This document shows positions 11,202 through 20,825 of a DNA stretch of 64,000 nucleotides, piece by piece (within the stretch, counting starts at the first letter, position 1; each line of letters opens with the position of its first letter). Made by a program: the position numbers and the translations under genes. This DNA comes from Trueperaceae bacterium (GTDB lineage: Bacteria > Deinococcota > Deinococci > Deinococcales > Trueperaceae). The stretch lies in contig OZ243927.1 of NCBI GenBank assembly GCA_965213925.1, positions 4,032,001 through 4,096,000 on the forward strand. The letters are read 5' to 3'. Below the pieces are notes generated by a model. That model was not told the DNA's origin. It ran no database searches and was given only the letters and a program-made list of their open reading frames with translations.

Positions 11202-11314
11202 TTAAACGTTCCTCCACGGCGTCGCTCGAGCTTTCTGTAGCGACAGAAATTCTTATAATGAATGTAGTGGTTATATCCTAAAAGACGTTTTTTAACCACT
11301 TATATTGAGTCACG

Positions 11315-11391
11315 CAGGAATCATCTTAGGAATGCGATTGCTAGGTCAGGCTTTATCCGCTGAGGGCGTTTGTGACCAGATGATACCTGCT
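11315..11391. repeat. Repeat family C copy (ACCAGATGATACCTGCT end)
   Basis: 17-mer at 11375-11391 identical to copies at 28552, 40109 and 62486; internal partial inverse GCAGGAATCATCT. Confidence 0.75.
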
Positions 11392-11394
11392 TTA

Positions 11395-11476
11395 TGCCGG
11401 AAGCGGGACTCGAACCCGCACGGTTTTACCCGGTAGATTTTGAGTCTACTGCGTCTACCAATTCCGCCATCCCGGC
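11395..11476 (-). tRNA. tRNA-Leu(CAA)
   Basis: GCCGGGATGGCGGAATTGGTAGACGC...GTAGA-CTCAAAA-TCTAC, long variable arm, GGTTCGAGTCCC. Confidence 0.96.
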
Positions 11477-11689
11477 ACGGCCTCCAGACATTCCTCCGAC
11501 TCAGCAAGCTATCATAGCAGTGCGCGGCGCGGGAGGTCAACCGAGTAGGGTGCGATTTGTTCGCTTAGGGCTCGAGTAGAAAAAATGCCGTTCAGCACGC
11601 TCATAAAGAGGTTGTGCCCGTGCCAAGCGCAGCCAACAGGGGTAAGATTCCTCTCTACATGTGAATTTTTTGACGTTTGCTCTCGAATG

Positions 11690-12697
11690 CTAAACGGCGG
11701 CGAGCTGCCTTATTTCGACTTCGTGCTGATTCTCTCGCAAGACCTCGATACCGACATACTGAGCAATGAACGTCGCCAAATCTTCTAACGACTCGAGCTT
11801 GACCACCTCTTTACGAAGCGCATCTGCTTTCGGAAAGGGCGCGAAGTAGCGGATAAGCTGTCCGCGAAAAGGGACCACACCTTGTTCTTTCCTGTGCTCC
11901 TTTGCGTGCCAGTCACAGAACATCTCGGCGTGACGGTACACCGTTCGCGCCATCTCCTCGAAACTCGGCGACGCCGCGCCGCGCAGCTCGGCGAAAATCC
12001 ACGGACGCCCCAGTGCGCCGCGCCCGATCATCACACCTAGCCCTTGCGCCTGGTAGCGCTCGACTTGCACTCTACTTTGCACGTCGCCTGAGCCGACGAC
12101 GGGGATGTGTAGCGCCTCTGCCACCTCTTTAATCCGCTCCCAATCCGCCTCGCCGCTATACTTCTGCGCGGCGGTGCGTCCATGAACTGTGACGAGGGAC
12201 GCGCCCGCCTCCTGCAAGGCTAGCGCGACCTCTTTCGCGTTCACCTCGTCATAACCCAAGCGCATCTTGGCGCTTACCGGGACGGGGACGGCGGCGGCGA
12301 GGTTCCGTACGATGTCGGCGGCGCGTCCTGGGTCTAGCATGAGCTTCGAACCGCAAGACTTGCCTGTCACCTTTTTCACCGGACAGCCCATGTTGATGTC
12401 CAAGGCAACAGGCTGATACGTATCGTAGAGAATGCGCCCACCCGCCGCCACAATCTCAGGCTCGCCGCCGAAGACCTGGATGACCAAGTCGGGCTCACCG
12501 GGGTAGGGCTTGCCGATCTCGATGCCTTGCATATCGCCCTGCACGAGCGCCTTCGCGCTGACCATCTCCGTGACCGCCCAGGCGCTGCCGTAGTCGCGGC
12601 AAAGTTTACGAAAGGGCGCGTCGGTAAAGCCCGCCATCGGCGCGAGGATGGCGCGGTTTTGAGAGAGGCGGGAGGTGTAGAAGTTGGCGTCGGTCAT
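11690..12697 (-). CDS. tRNA-dihydrouridine synthase
   Basis: LAPMAGFTD, DINMGCP, KMRLG, VHGRT, MIGRGALGRPW. Confidence 0.93.
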   Translation of the reverse strand: MTDANFYTSRLSQNRAILAPMAGFTDAPFRKLCRDYGSAWAVTEMVSAKALVQGDMQGIEIGKPYPGEPDLVIQVFGGEPEIVAAGGRILYDTYQPVALDINMGCPVKKVTGKSCGSKLMLDPGRAADIVRNLAAAVPVPVSAKMRLGYDEVNAKEVALALQEAGASLVTVHGRTAAQKYSGEADWERIKEVAEALHIPVVGSGDVQSRVQVERYQAQGLGVMIGRGALGRPWIFAELRGAASPSFEEMARTVYRHAEMFCDWHAKEHRKEQGVVPFRGQLIRYFAPFPKADALRKEVVKLESLEDLATFIAQYVGIEVLRENQHEVEIRQLAAV

Positions 12698-12760
12698 AGT
12701 GAACAGGATATCAGGCTGCTAAAAAATAGGAAGCAAGGAGCAATGAGTGAAAACCTTTAC

Positions 12761-13807
12761 TCATTGCTCCTTAGGTAAAACCCGCCGCAAAAAGCGCAGC
12801 CAATTGTGGCCTAAAAAACCCTCTCTGACCTCTTGGGGGACCGCCTCGCCTAGTTTGGCGAAATCAAAGACGCTCGAGACCTCTTGCGGCACATCCGCCA
12901 CACCAAACCCACCATCGAAGTCGCTCCCTATCGCCACGCGCTCCCAGCCGATAAGACCCGCGACGTGCTCGGCGTGGCGGCGCACGTCTCGTAGAGTAGT
13001 CTCTTCTTTGAGCGAGTCCTGCGTCACCCCTGTTCGCAAAAACGGATTGGCGATGACTAAACCCACCACCGCGTCACGTTCGGCGAGCGCTAAGAGCATG
13101 TCGTCCGAGAGGTGGCGGTCGGTGGGGACGAGCGAGCGAGCGTTGCTGTGGCTTGCGATGACGAAAACGGGATTTAAGTCCAGCGCACTCCAAAAGCTCT
13201 CCTCGGCGAAGTGGCTCACATCGAGCGTCACCTCCGTTTCGTTCATCGCCTGGATAAGTTCGACGCCTAAATCCGTAAGCGGTCCGGGCGCTCTCGTGCC
13301 GCCCGCGTAGCGCGTGCGCTGCCAGGCGGGACCGACGACGTGCAGACCTCGCCGGACCCACTCGTCAAGGTCACCAGGCGTGCGCAAGGGGTCGGCGTTC
13401 TCCATCAGCAGGACGAGGCCGACGCGCGCATCCTCCGCGCTCGCAGCCAGATGGCTCTCCAAATCATCCAGAGTGCGCACGATACGCACCTCGCCCGCCT
13501 CTTCCCAACGCTCGTAAAGTTCCAACTGCGCCAGAGCGAGCTTTCTCGCCTCTTCGGGTGTTTCGTAGGCTTTGCCCTCTAACGTCCCCTTCCCGCCTAA
13601 CGACTTCGCGCCCGCCGGTCTCACAAAAATCGTGCCGAAGACGAGCGTCACCCCGGCGCGGCGCAACTCGGGCAGGGTGACGAGCGCCGCCGCGTCCTGA
13701 GCGCGCAGTTCCTCTAAAGGGAGTGTGAGGTCGCGCCCTACGGCGAGGGCGTTGTAGGCGAGGTCGAGGTGTCCGTCGATGAAAATAGAGGGTCGAGAAG
13801 GGGGCAT
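12761..13807 (-). CDS. Membrane/renal dipeptidase family (peptidase M19)
   Basis: IDGHLD, LDVSH, ASHSNAR, IGSDFDG; start placed at ATG 13807. Confidence 0.9.
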   Translation of the reverse strand: MPPSRPSIFIDGHLDLAYNALAVGRDLTLPLEELRAQDAAALVTLPELRRAGVTLVFGTIFVRPAGAKSLGGKGTLEGKAYETPEEARKLALAQLELYERWEEAGEVRIVRTLDDLESHLAASAEDARVGLVLLMENADPLRTPGDLDEWVRRGLHVVGPAWQRTRYAGGTRAPGPLTDLGVELIQAMNETEVTLDVSHFAEESFWSALDLNPVFVIASHSNARSLVPTDRHLSDDMLLALAERDAVVGLVIANPFLRTGVTQDSLKEETTLRDVRRHAEHVAGLIGWERVAIGSDFDGGFGVADVPQEVSSVFDFAKLGEAVPQEVREGFLGHNWLRFLRRVLPKEQ

Positions 13808-14048
13808 GGGGTAGCTTACCAGCAGTCGCAACGCACCTTGAGATAAATAGACGCAAGCATTATCTCTTAACGTGCGGGCTAATTACGTAGTTTTCGCCTA
13901 TGCGAAACGATGTCGTTCGTTTAGCGTGAAAGCGGTTGTGACCACCCCCTGCTTGTACGTTATACGTGTCACCGCACATCTTTATTAAGGAAAGGTATAC
14001 TAGGCTAACTTGAAAGACAGCGCCAGACTATCTCCGAAGGGAGTTCCT

Positions 14049-14546
14049 GTGCACACCGCTGTACCGAACATGTTCTTGCGCCGCGCCTCGTTAGCCGATG
14101 CTGAGCGCATTTTTGCCATCTATAGTCAGTCGCCGAGCTACTTCGACATCATCTCGATCCCGCTCCCGACACTTGAAGAGGTCAAACGCGAATTAGAAGC
14201 CGCCGCCCACGACCCCAAGCGTCACACCGAGTTGATGGTGACGAAAGAGGACGACCTAGAAGGCTGTGAGCGCGTGGTGGGCTACCTAGACTATAAACTC
14301 GACTACCCTGAGGCGGGTGACGCAACCGTCAACCTCTTGCTCATTCCCGAAAACCTTCAAAATAGAGGCTACGGACGCCTCTGCATCGGTGAACTAGAGA
14401 CCAAACTTAAAGGGCGTGCCAAGCGCGTCCTAGCGAGCATTTACGGGCGCAACCCGAGGGCGGAGGGGTTTTGGCGCTCGCTCGGCTACACGTTCGCGAT
14501 CGACGCGAAGCCGGTTTTGGACTGGTACGCGAAAGAATTAGACTAA
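14049..14546 (+). CDS. GNAT family N-acetyltransferase
   Basis: QNRGYG acetyl-CoA motif, NPRAEGFWRSLGY; RBS AAGGGAG before GTG. Confidence 0.85.
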   Translation: MHTAVPNMFLRRASLADAERIFAIYSQSPSYFDIISIPLPTLEEVKRELEAAAHDPKRHTELMVTKEDDLEGCERVVGYLDYKLDYPEAGDATVNLLLIPENLQNRGYGRLCIGELETKLKGRAKRVLASIYGRNPRAEGFWRSLGYTFAIDAKPVLDWYAKELD

Positions 14547-14565
14547 AACGTCTGTCGGCTCGAGC

Positions 14566-14985
14566 CTAAGCCCCCGCCACCAAGTAAACCGCCACGCCCG
14601 CGAGTACAATCCCGAGCACTTTACGCACAGTAATAGCCTCACCCAAAAGAGCGAACCCCACCACCGAACTGACCACGAGAAAGAGCCCGAAAATCGGCAC
14701 GACGACGCTGACCGCGCCCAGCGATAGGGCGCGGTAGTACGCGATAATCCCGACCGACAGAAACGCGCCCGCGAGGTAGGCGTTCCAAGCGGACGGGTGC
14801 GCCAGCTCGCGCACATTAAGCTCACCTGTGAGCGCAGCGACGCCGAGCGAAGCGAGCGTAAGGATGAGCGAAGTGACGAGCAGCACGAGAAATTCCGGCA
14901 TTCCGCTGCCGATCGCGCGGCTCACGAAGGGCGCAACGAAGGAGTAGGCGAGCATGGCGACGAGCGCCCAGAGAACGGCTGACAT
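14566..14985 (-). CDS. EamA/DMT family small transporter
   Basis: Five hydrophobic segments, YYRALSLG, LLGEAITVRKVLG; RBS AGGAGG. Confidence 0.85.
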   Translation of the reverse strand: MSAVLWALVAMLAYSFVAPFVSRAIGSGMPEFLVLLVTSLILTLASLGVAALTGELNVRELAHPSAWNAYLAGAFLSVGIIAYYRALSLGAVSVVVPIFGLFLVVSSVVGFALLGEAITVRKVLGIVLAGVAVYLVAGA

Positions 14986-15099
14986 AGTGACCTCCTGCAA
15001 AACGGAGCATAACAGGAGAGGTCACAGCGTTTTTGTGCGCTGGGCGGGTGCGTTTTAGGCAAAGAGGCTCGAGGTCAATCTTTATATGTTCAGTCGAGG

Positions 15100-16014
15100 C
15101 TAAGACCCCTGCATAAAGGCGATGATCTCCCTCGGGTTCATGTTCGTGCGCAGTTGCGGGATGATACGTAAAAGCGCGGGCACGCCGATGCTCGGTCCGA
15201 CGAAGAGCGCGGCGTACTGATTAAAGGTGTCAGTGGCGGGGCTCGAGAAACGCAGATATTCAGCCTCTTCCCCCTCGGGTACGTAGACCAAATTCTGCTC
15301 AGCAGGCGGGTCAGCCTGCGCGATGACCATCTCCGCGTCACTGTTCGCTAAAAAGAGGCGCTGCGCCGTGTTCGCGGGCGCGGAGACGTAGTTGCTAAGC
15401 GTGTAGGCGCAGTTTCCTAATAGAGAGAGCGCTCGCTGCGTATCGCGCCGCGCATCTACGACTTCCGCGGGTGGACGCTGTACGATCATGCGCGGATAGA
15501 CACCGCCATTACGAATGATCGCCCAAAAGTTGACGCCGCCCCCCTGCGGGTCAAACGCGAGCAGCGCGACGGGCTCTAAGCGCGGCGCAGCCCGCCCGAT
15601 CAGACCAGCGAGGTCACTCAGCAACTGCTCCTTCGTCGGCACAGCTACGACCTCTTCGGTGAAGTCAAGGTCGTACCAAGACGCCACGCCAGAGACCATC
15701 TCCGCCCACGTTCCGGGCGCTAAAGTGTCCGCCTCCCAGGTGCTGGGCAAGAGGTCGCGCTCGGCTAAGAAGCGCACGGCGCTAAAGGCTTCATCCTCAA
15801 CAGTAACGGGTACGTCGTTCACTCTCGCGAGTGGGGGCAAAACGGGCTCGAGCAAGTCCACCGCCTGTTTGAGATAGAGCGCCGCGTCGCGCCCGGTGGC
15901 AGGGTCGGCGAGTTCGTCTTGAGACATGTCGGCTTGGAGTTCGCTGAGACAAGTTTGCGCCAGAGCCGTGCTCAAAAGTAAAGAGGTCAGTAATACGAGT
16001 AAAAGTCGCGTCAT
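15100..16014 (-). CDS. Hypothetical secreted protein
   Basis: 304-aa ORF with signal peptide (ALA-Q); leaderless TAGACT-N6-ATG start. Confidence 0.75.
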   Translation of the reverse strand: MTRLLLVLLTSLLLSTALAQTCLSELQADMSQDELADPATGRDAALYLKQAVDLLEPVLPPLARVNDVPVTVEDEAFSAVRFLAERDLLPSTWEADTLAPGTWAEMVSGVASWYDLDFTEEVVAVPTKEQLLSDLAGLIGRAAPRLEPVALLAFDPQGGGVNFWAIIRNGGVYPRMIVQRPPAEVVDARRDTQRALSLLGNCAYTLSNYVSAPANTAQRLFLANSDAEMVIAQADPPAEQNLVYVPEGEEAEYLRFSSPATDTFNQYAALFVGPSIGVPALLRIIPQLRTNMNPREIIAFMQGS

Positions 16015-16079
16015 GTCTAAAGTCTAGCTCACGGGGGATGAAGCGCTGTGAGGAGAGGTTAAAAGGGGTTCATGAGCAC

Positions 16080-16105
16080 AAAAAAAGCGGTCCGTAGACC
16101 GCTGC
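16080..16105 (-). terminator. Intrinsic terminator
   Basis: Minus strand AGCGGTC-TACG-GACCGCT followed by a T run. Confidence 0.75.
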
Positions 16106-16122
16106 TATAGCTTTCGTTGCAT

Positions 16123-16620
16123 CTACTGCGTAAGGCATTCTGTCGGCAGTTCTACCGTAAGTGTCTCGGTTTCACCGTCTGTCCCCGTCGCCTCAATAAC
16201 CAAGCGAGTATCGACTTGGGGAACTTGTTGGGGTGAAATCTGCGAATCGGCGGGCTCAAGCGCCGTTTCAGGATCGATGGTGAACCTGTAAGTCACAGTG
16301 CTTTCAGTGACCGTCGCATCTGAGCTTTCGGGTCTAATGACCTCTTCATAGGTCGCTCTCTCCGTATCGTCACCACTGGGGCTGTACTCGCGAAGCGCTT
16401 GCGTCCAGCGTCTAATCCTTCCGTCGTAATCGAAACTGTACGATATTCTCGTCGTCGCGTCGTTGCAGATGTATGGACCTCTTTCAGGGTCCGAATAGTT
16501 AGAACTTACCGTGAGGTCGCTAACGCTAAATTCCGGCTCACCTTCAACGAAGATAATGTTGCAAGCGCCCAGCAGCGCCGCAAGCCCTACCACTAACGCG
16601 AGTGAGACTGCTCTTCTCAT
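16123..16620 (-). CDS. Hypothetical lipoprotein
   Basis: Lipobox LGAC; RBS AAAGGAG; terminator downstream. Confidence 0.75.
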   Translation of the reverse strand: MRRAVSLALVVGLAALLGACNIIFVEGEPEFSVSDLTVSSNYSDPERGPYICNDATTRISYSFDYDGRIRRWTQALREYSPSGDDTERATYEEVIRPESSDATVTESTVTYRFTIDPETALEPADSQISPQQVPQVDTRLVIEATGTDGETETLTVELPTECLTQ

Positions 16621-16710
16621 AACTCTACTCCTTTCACATTTTCAAGCGAAGCGTAACGTATTAACGGTTAAACTGTGTAAGCGCAGCCTGCGGAGCGCTT
16701 CACGAAACGT

Positions 16711-18339
16711 TCACTCGAGCGCCATCAAGTACGCGTACAAATCGGGGCTGCCGGGGTGGAGTTCGATCTCCAACTCGGGAAATTCTTCCGCTAGTTCTTC
16801 CGCTAAAGCCGTCGCCTTCTCCTCGCCGACTGAAGGGCTGTAGAAAAGCGTACCGATCTCAAAGGAGTCGGCGGACCCCTCTAAGAGCTTCTTCAGGCTC
16901 TCTTCGGGGCTCTTCTCCGCGACCTTGAGGTCGTTATTCACCAAGCCGATGTAGTCGCCTTCCGTGACTTCGACGCCCTCCACCGTCGTCGTGCGGCTCG
17001 CCGTGGTGACTTCCAAGGTCAGCGCGTTTTCGGAAGCTGCTTTCATCTCCTCGAAAAGCTCCTCCGCGTCGCTGCTCTCGCTAAAGAGCACGGCGGCGGC
17101 GAGCCCTTGCCCGACGGTGCGCGTAGGCAACACGTGAATGCGCTTCTCCTTGACGATGTCACCGACGCGTTCGGCAGCCATGATGATGTTTTTGTTGTTC
17201 GGCATAATGATCACGTCGTCCGCGCCGACTGTACGCACCGCGTCCGCGATGTCTTGTACACTCGGGTTATTCGTCTGTCCGCCCCCGACGACCCGCGCCC
17301 CGAGCGAGCGGAAAACTTTCGTGACGCCGTACCCCGCACTGACCGCCACGAGCGCACTTTTAGGCGGCTCCGCTTCGGTCATGTTGACGCCTTCTAAAAT
17401 CTCGTGATGCTGCTCGCTCATGTCTTCGATTTTAGAGCGCACCATCGAGCCGTATTGAACGACGGCAGCGAGGAGCTTTTCGGGCTCTTCGGTGTGGATG
17501 TGCCCTTTGACGAAACCCTCTGCACCCACGACGAGGAGCGAGTCGCCGTAGTCTTGAACCATCTCCTGAATCTCTTTGGTCGGGACAGAAACGTTCTCCA
17601 ACAAAAACTCCGTGCAGAAGCCGAACTCCTGCTCCTCGAACTGCTCTTGGGCGCGAGACTCGATCTTGGGCGGTTTCGGCAGGTCGCGTCCTTCGAACGA
17701 GGCGATGACGCCCTCTAAGACGCGCAGAAAGCCCAAGCCCCCCGAATCCACCACGCCTGCCTGCTTGAGCATCGGCAGCATCTCAGGCGTTTCTTGGAGC
17801 GCTTTTTGCCCCGCTTTCCAGGCGTCTTTGAGGACGGTCAAAGGATGCGACGAGCCCGCCTCCTCCGCCCCTTCTGCTGCTCTACGCACGACGGTTAGGA
17901 TCGTTCCCTCGACGGGCTTCATCACGGCGGCGTAGGCGCTCTTGGTCGCCCCTTTCAGGGCGTCGATGCAAGCTTGCGCTTCTAACGCGCTCTGGTCGCG
18001 AATCGCCTCCGCGAAACCTTTTAAGACCTGACTTAAAATCACGCCCGAGTTGCCTCTTGCGCCTAGAAGCGACCCGTACGAGAGCGCGTGCGCTAGGTCC
18101 TCCATCGTCTTAGGGCGCTCCTCGTTGAGCTGGCGGCGCACGGACTGCATGGTGAGGTGCATATTTGTACCTGTATCACCGTCGGGCACCGGGTAAACGT
18201 TGAGCGCGTTGACCTCTTCGACGTAGACGCCTAACCAGTCCGTCGCGTAGACAAAGGCGGTGCAGAGGTCTTTGACCGCTAAGGTCTGCCCGGACCCAGT
18301 ATTCGACCCGGTATTCGACCCGGCACTAGCGCTCGCCAC
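16711..18339 (-). CDS. DAK2 domain protein (fatty acid kinase FakA/YloV-like)
   Basis: LNVYPVPDGDTGTNM, GARGNSGVILSQ, PVEGTILTV, FCTEF, GGQTNNPS; start estimated at GTG 18339. Confidence 0.93.
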   Translation of the reverse strand: MASASAGSNTGSNTGSGQTLAVKDLCTAFVYATDWLGVYVEEVNALNVYPVPDGDTGTNMHLTMQSVRRQLNEERPKTMEDLAHALSYGSLLGARGNSGVILSQVLKGFAEAIRDQSALEAQACIDALKGATKSAYAAVMKPVEGTILTVVRRAAEGAEEAGSSHPLTVLKDAWKAGQKALQETPEMLPMLKQAGVVDSGGLGFLRVLEGVIASFEGRDLPKPPKIESRAQEQFEEQEFGFCTEFLLENVSVPTKEIQEMVQDYGDSLLVVGAEGFVKGHIHTEEPEKLLAAVVQYGSMVRSKIEDMSEQHHEILEGVNMTEAEPPKSALVAVSAGYGVTKVFRSLGARVVGGGQTNNPSVQDIADAVRTVGADDVIIMPNNKNIIMAAERVGDIVKEKRIHVLPTRTVGQGLAAAVLFSESSDAEELFEEMKAASENALTLEVTTASRTTTVEGVEVTEGDYIGLVNNDLKVAEKSPEESLKKLLEGSADSFEIGTLFYSPSVGEEKATALAEELAEEFPELEIELHPGSPDLYAYLMALE

Positions 18340-18706
18340 GACCCACCCCCACGATATGAATTTGCACCCTCGAGACCTCGACCCCCGCGAACGTCCCCGC
18401 CGCGTAAAACACGCGCTCGCGCACCGATTCGGCAACCGCCGGGATGTTGACGCCGTACGCCACCACGAGATAGAGCGTCACCGTCGTCTCTTCGCCTCTC
18501 GTAACCTCGACGCCCTCGTCCACTTGCTGCGCTCCCAGAATGCGCCTTACCCCCTCGCGAAAGTTCGCGGGCGACATCCCCACGACACCCGGCACCTCGT
18601 GGGCGGCGAGCCCGATAATCGTCGAGAGCGCCTCGTCGGTGACGATGACGCGGTCTTTCGCTCCAAGGTCATCCGGCGCGGCGCGCGTATCCAATGTGTT
18701 TGCCAT
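18326..18706 (-). CDS. Asp23/Gls24 family protein (YloU-like)
   Basis: AAHEVPGVVGM, VAYGVNIPAVAESV; canonical pairing with the DAK2 gene. Confidence 0.9.
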   Translation of the reverse strand: MANTLDTRAAPDDLGAKDRVIVTDEALSTIIGLAAHEVPGVVGMSPANFREGVRRILGAQQVDEGVEVTRGEETTVTLYLVVAYGVNIPAVAESVRERVFYAAGTFAGVEVSRVQIHIVGVGRGER

Positions 18707-18859
18707 GCTCTAAGCTCCTTTGCTCGTCCGTAAGCGCCTGTTTGCGCCCCTCTAAGCTTCTTAAAGCTCTATCCTACCGCAAACACACCGGACTCAACAG
18801 CGCGAGCACGTTTCTAAGTCTTCATAGACAAACAGCCTTCATAGACAACCACCAAATAC

Positions 18860-19189
18860 TCAATCGTCGCCCGACCACAGCTCGAGTTCCACGCTGCTCT
18901 CAGCCACGCGGTAGACGCCGTGCGCCGCGACAAAGTCACCGACTTTACCGAGCATCCCCTCCAACCACACCGGGTCAGCGCTGATCGCCGTCGCCCCGAC
19001 TAGTTCCCAGTCGTGCGCGTCAAGCCCGCCGAGCCGCGCCACCGACACAGGAAAACGCACCTTGAGCTTTTCGGTGACGGGCTTGATGAGTGAGCGCTTC
19101 TCCTTGAGGCTACCTACCCAGGGCATCTCGAGGCGAGCCAAGTAAACGCCGACGTACACATTAGTCGCTGAACCTAAGTCAGATGCCAT
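18860..19189 (-). CDS. DUF503 family protein
   Basis: SLKEKRSLIKP...RFPVSVA motif; leaderless TAGAAT-N6-ATG start. Confidence 0.85.
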   Translation of the reverse strand: MASDLGSATNVYVGVYLARLEMPWVGSLKEKRSLIKPVTEKLKVRFPVSVARLGGLDAHDWELVGATAISADPVWLEGMLGKVGDFVAAHGVYRVAESSVELELWSGDD

Positions 19190-19218
19190 CCTTCGATTCT
19201 AACGCTCAGAGATTCGCC

Positions 19219-19425
19219 CTACTCCATCCCCGCTGAGAAACCGACCCTCCGTAGCGCCCGGATTAAGTCCGTAATCGTGCTGTCCGCCGGGTCATACTCT
19301 ACGGCGGCTTGTCCGCGCGACGCCTCGACCTTCTGCACGCCCTCGACAGAAAGTAAGGTTTCTTTGACTTTACCTGCGTCGCCCTCGTTGTCCATACCGC
19401 GTATACCTAATAGAACTCTCGCCAT
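19219..19425 (-). CDS. Heavy-metal-associated (HMA/CopZ-like) domain protein lacking the CxxC motif
   Basis: HMA-like pattern IRGM...VKETLLSVEGV...VEYDP...LIRALRRVGF; GMDNEGD in place of GMxCxxC. Confidence 0.7.
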   Translation of the reverse strand: MARVLLGIRGMDNEGDAGKVKETLLSVEGVQKVEASRGQAAVEYDPADSTITDLIRALRRVGFSAGME

Positions 19426-19559
19426 GCTCTCCCCTTTTAGGCTAGCTAGATTTCATCTGGTCAGTGACGCTCTCACATCTGAGAACATCGCTCAGCACGC
19501 ACGTTTAGTGATGATATCTGCGTGATACAAACTCAGTAACTTCAACCTTACATCCACTT

Positions 19560-20009
19560 CTAGGAGTTTTGTCCCCTCGAGCCCAGAATTCTCGAGAAGC
19601 TCACCACTTCTACTTCCGAGTATCCCTTGTCAGAAAGCGCTCTTATGCCAGATTTATCACCTTTGGGGAGGTGCACCTGCAAATCGTAAACGGCAGCGTC
19701 GTACGCACTCTTAGTCACGGCTTCGATCAACGCCAAGCGCGACTCACTATCATCCAGGTCAGCGACTGCCAAACGGTTCAAGTAAACTGTCGGGCGCGTG
19801 CCGTTCCAGATGGACTGAGCGAAAGCGAAACCCGTCACCTCACCCTCTTTCACGGCGACAAAGGCGTGACCCGTGCGCGTGTAAAAGTTGAGCGAGGAGC
19901 GCGTCATGATGGGCTCTAAGCCGAAGTGCTGGGCGTAAAACTGGTCAATAGGCTCTAACTCGTCCTCGTCATCTTGTGAGAGCGCCCGCGCAAAGGTTAA
20001 GCGTGCCAT
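19560..20009 (-). CDS. DUF1999 family GNAT-like protein
   Basis: SSLNFYTRTGHAFVA, GFAFAQSIWNG, AVTKSAYDAAVY, recalled as a Deinococcus-Thermus family. Confidence 0.75.
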   Translation of the reverse strand: MARLTFARALSQDDEDELEPIDQFYAQHFGLEPIMTRSSLNFYTRTGHAFVAVKEGEVTGFAFAQSIWNGTRPTVYLNRLAVADLDDSESRLALIEAVTKSAYDAAVYDLQVHLPKGDKSGIRALSDKGYSEVEVVSFSRILGSRGQNS

Positions 20010-20010
20010 A

Positions 20011-20475
20011 TTAAAGGCTCCACGCGCCCGACTTTCCACCCGTTTTACTCAAGAGTTTAGTTTCGCGGATGACGATACCTTTGCTCGAGGCTTTGAGCAT
20101 GTCGTAAAGCGTCAGCGCCGCGATGCTCGCCGCCGTAAGCGCCTCCATCTCGACACCCGTTTTGCCCGTGACGCGGCAGGTCGCGGTGAAATGCACCTGA
20201 GCCTTCTCCGCGTCCACCTCTCCTACAACGGAGACTTTGGTGAGAGGTAAAGGGTGACAGAGCGGAATGAGGTCAGCGGTGCGCTTTGCGCCCATGATGC
20301 CCGCGAGTTCGGCCACGGCGACCGCGTCCCCTTTGCCGACGCCGCCCGCTTGAAGTGCTCTAAGGGCGGCGTCAGGCAGCTCGAGCGTCGAAACCGCCAC
20401 CGCCTCCCGGAGCGTTTCACCTTTGGTTGATACATCCACCATGACGGCCTTGCCGCCTTCGAAATGCGTTGACAT
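20011..20475 (-). CDS. moaC: Cyclic pyranopterin monophosphate synthase
   Basis: MVDVSTK, LIPLCHPL, TGVEMEALT, LYDMLKA, KTGGKSG; leaderless TATACT-N6-ATG start. Confidence 0.95.
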   Translation of the reverse strand: MSTHFEGGKAVMVDVSTKGETLREAVAVSTLELPDAALRALQAGGVGKGDAVAVAELAGIMGAKRTADLIPLCHPLPLTKVSVVGEVDAEKAQVHFTATCRVTGKTGVEMEALTAASIAALTLYDMLKASSKGIVIRETKLLSKTGGKSGAWSL

Positions 20476-20532
20476 AAGGGTAGTATATGAAACTTGTGAA
20501 GATTGCCGCGTTCTGTCGTCTATAATGGAAGT

Positions 20533-20785
20533 ATGGACACGCCTCTTCAAGCACCTGAAGGCTATTCTAAGCAACTTCAGCATTTACTTTCTGATACGCC
20601 TCGAGTGGCGCGAGAGCGACCTACCCCGTATTCAGGAATTGATGCGCACCTACGCCGACTTACCTCTCGGTTTTGCCGATGCAGCCGTCATCACATTAGC
20701 CGAAAGCGTGGGCAGGGTGGCTATAACCGATAGAAGACACTTCAATGTTGTCAGGACGAAGAAGGCGCTCGAGCTTCTTCCCTAA
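20533..20785 (+). pseudogene. Truncated PIN/VapC toxin (3' half) behind an unrelated 5' stub
   Basis: ELMRTYADLPLGFADAAVITLAE...TDRRHF matches a PIN C-terminus; the N-terminal half is absent. Confidence 0.7.
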
Positions 20786-20825
20786 CTTCGCCCTCAAAAT
20801 TCTCGAAAAGGGTATAACGTCATGC

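Noticed and set aside
11315..11391. Integron attC sites as the explanation for family C
   Set aside because: No RYYYAAC/GTTRRRY ends, no cassette array and no integrase.
18299..18322. 12-bp tandem repeat (GSNT x2) at the DAK2 N-terminus
   Set aside because: An in-frame duplication in a flexible leader with no sign of function.
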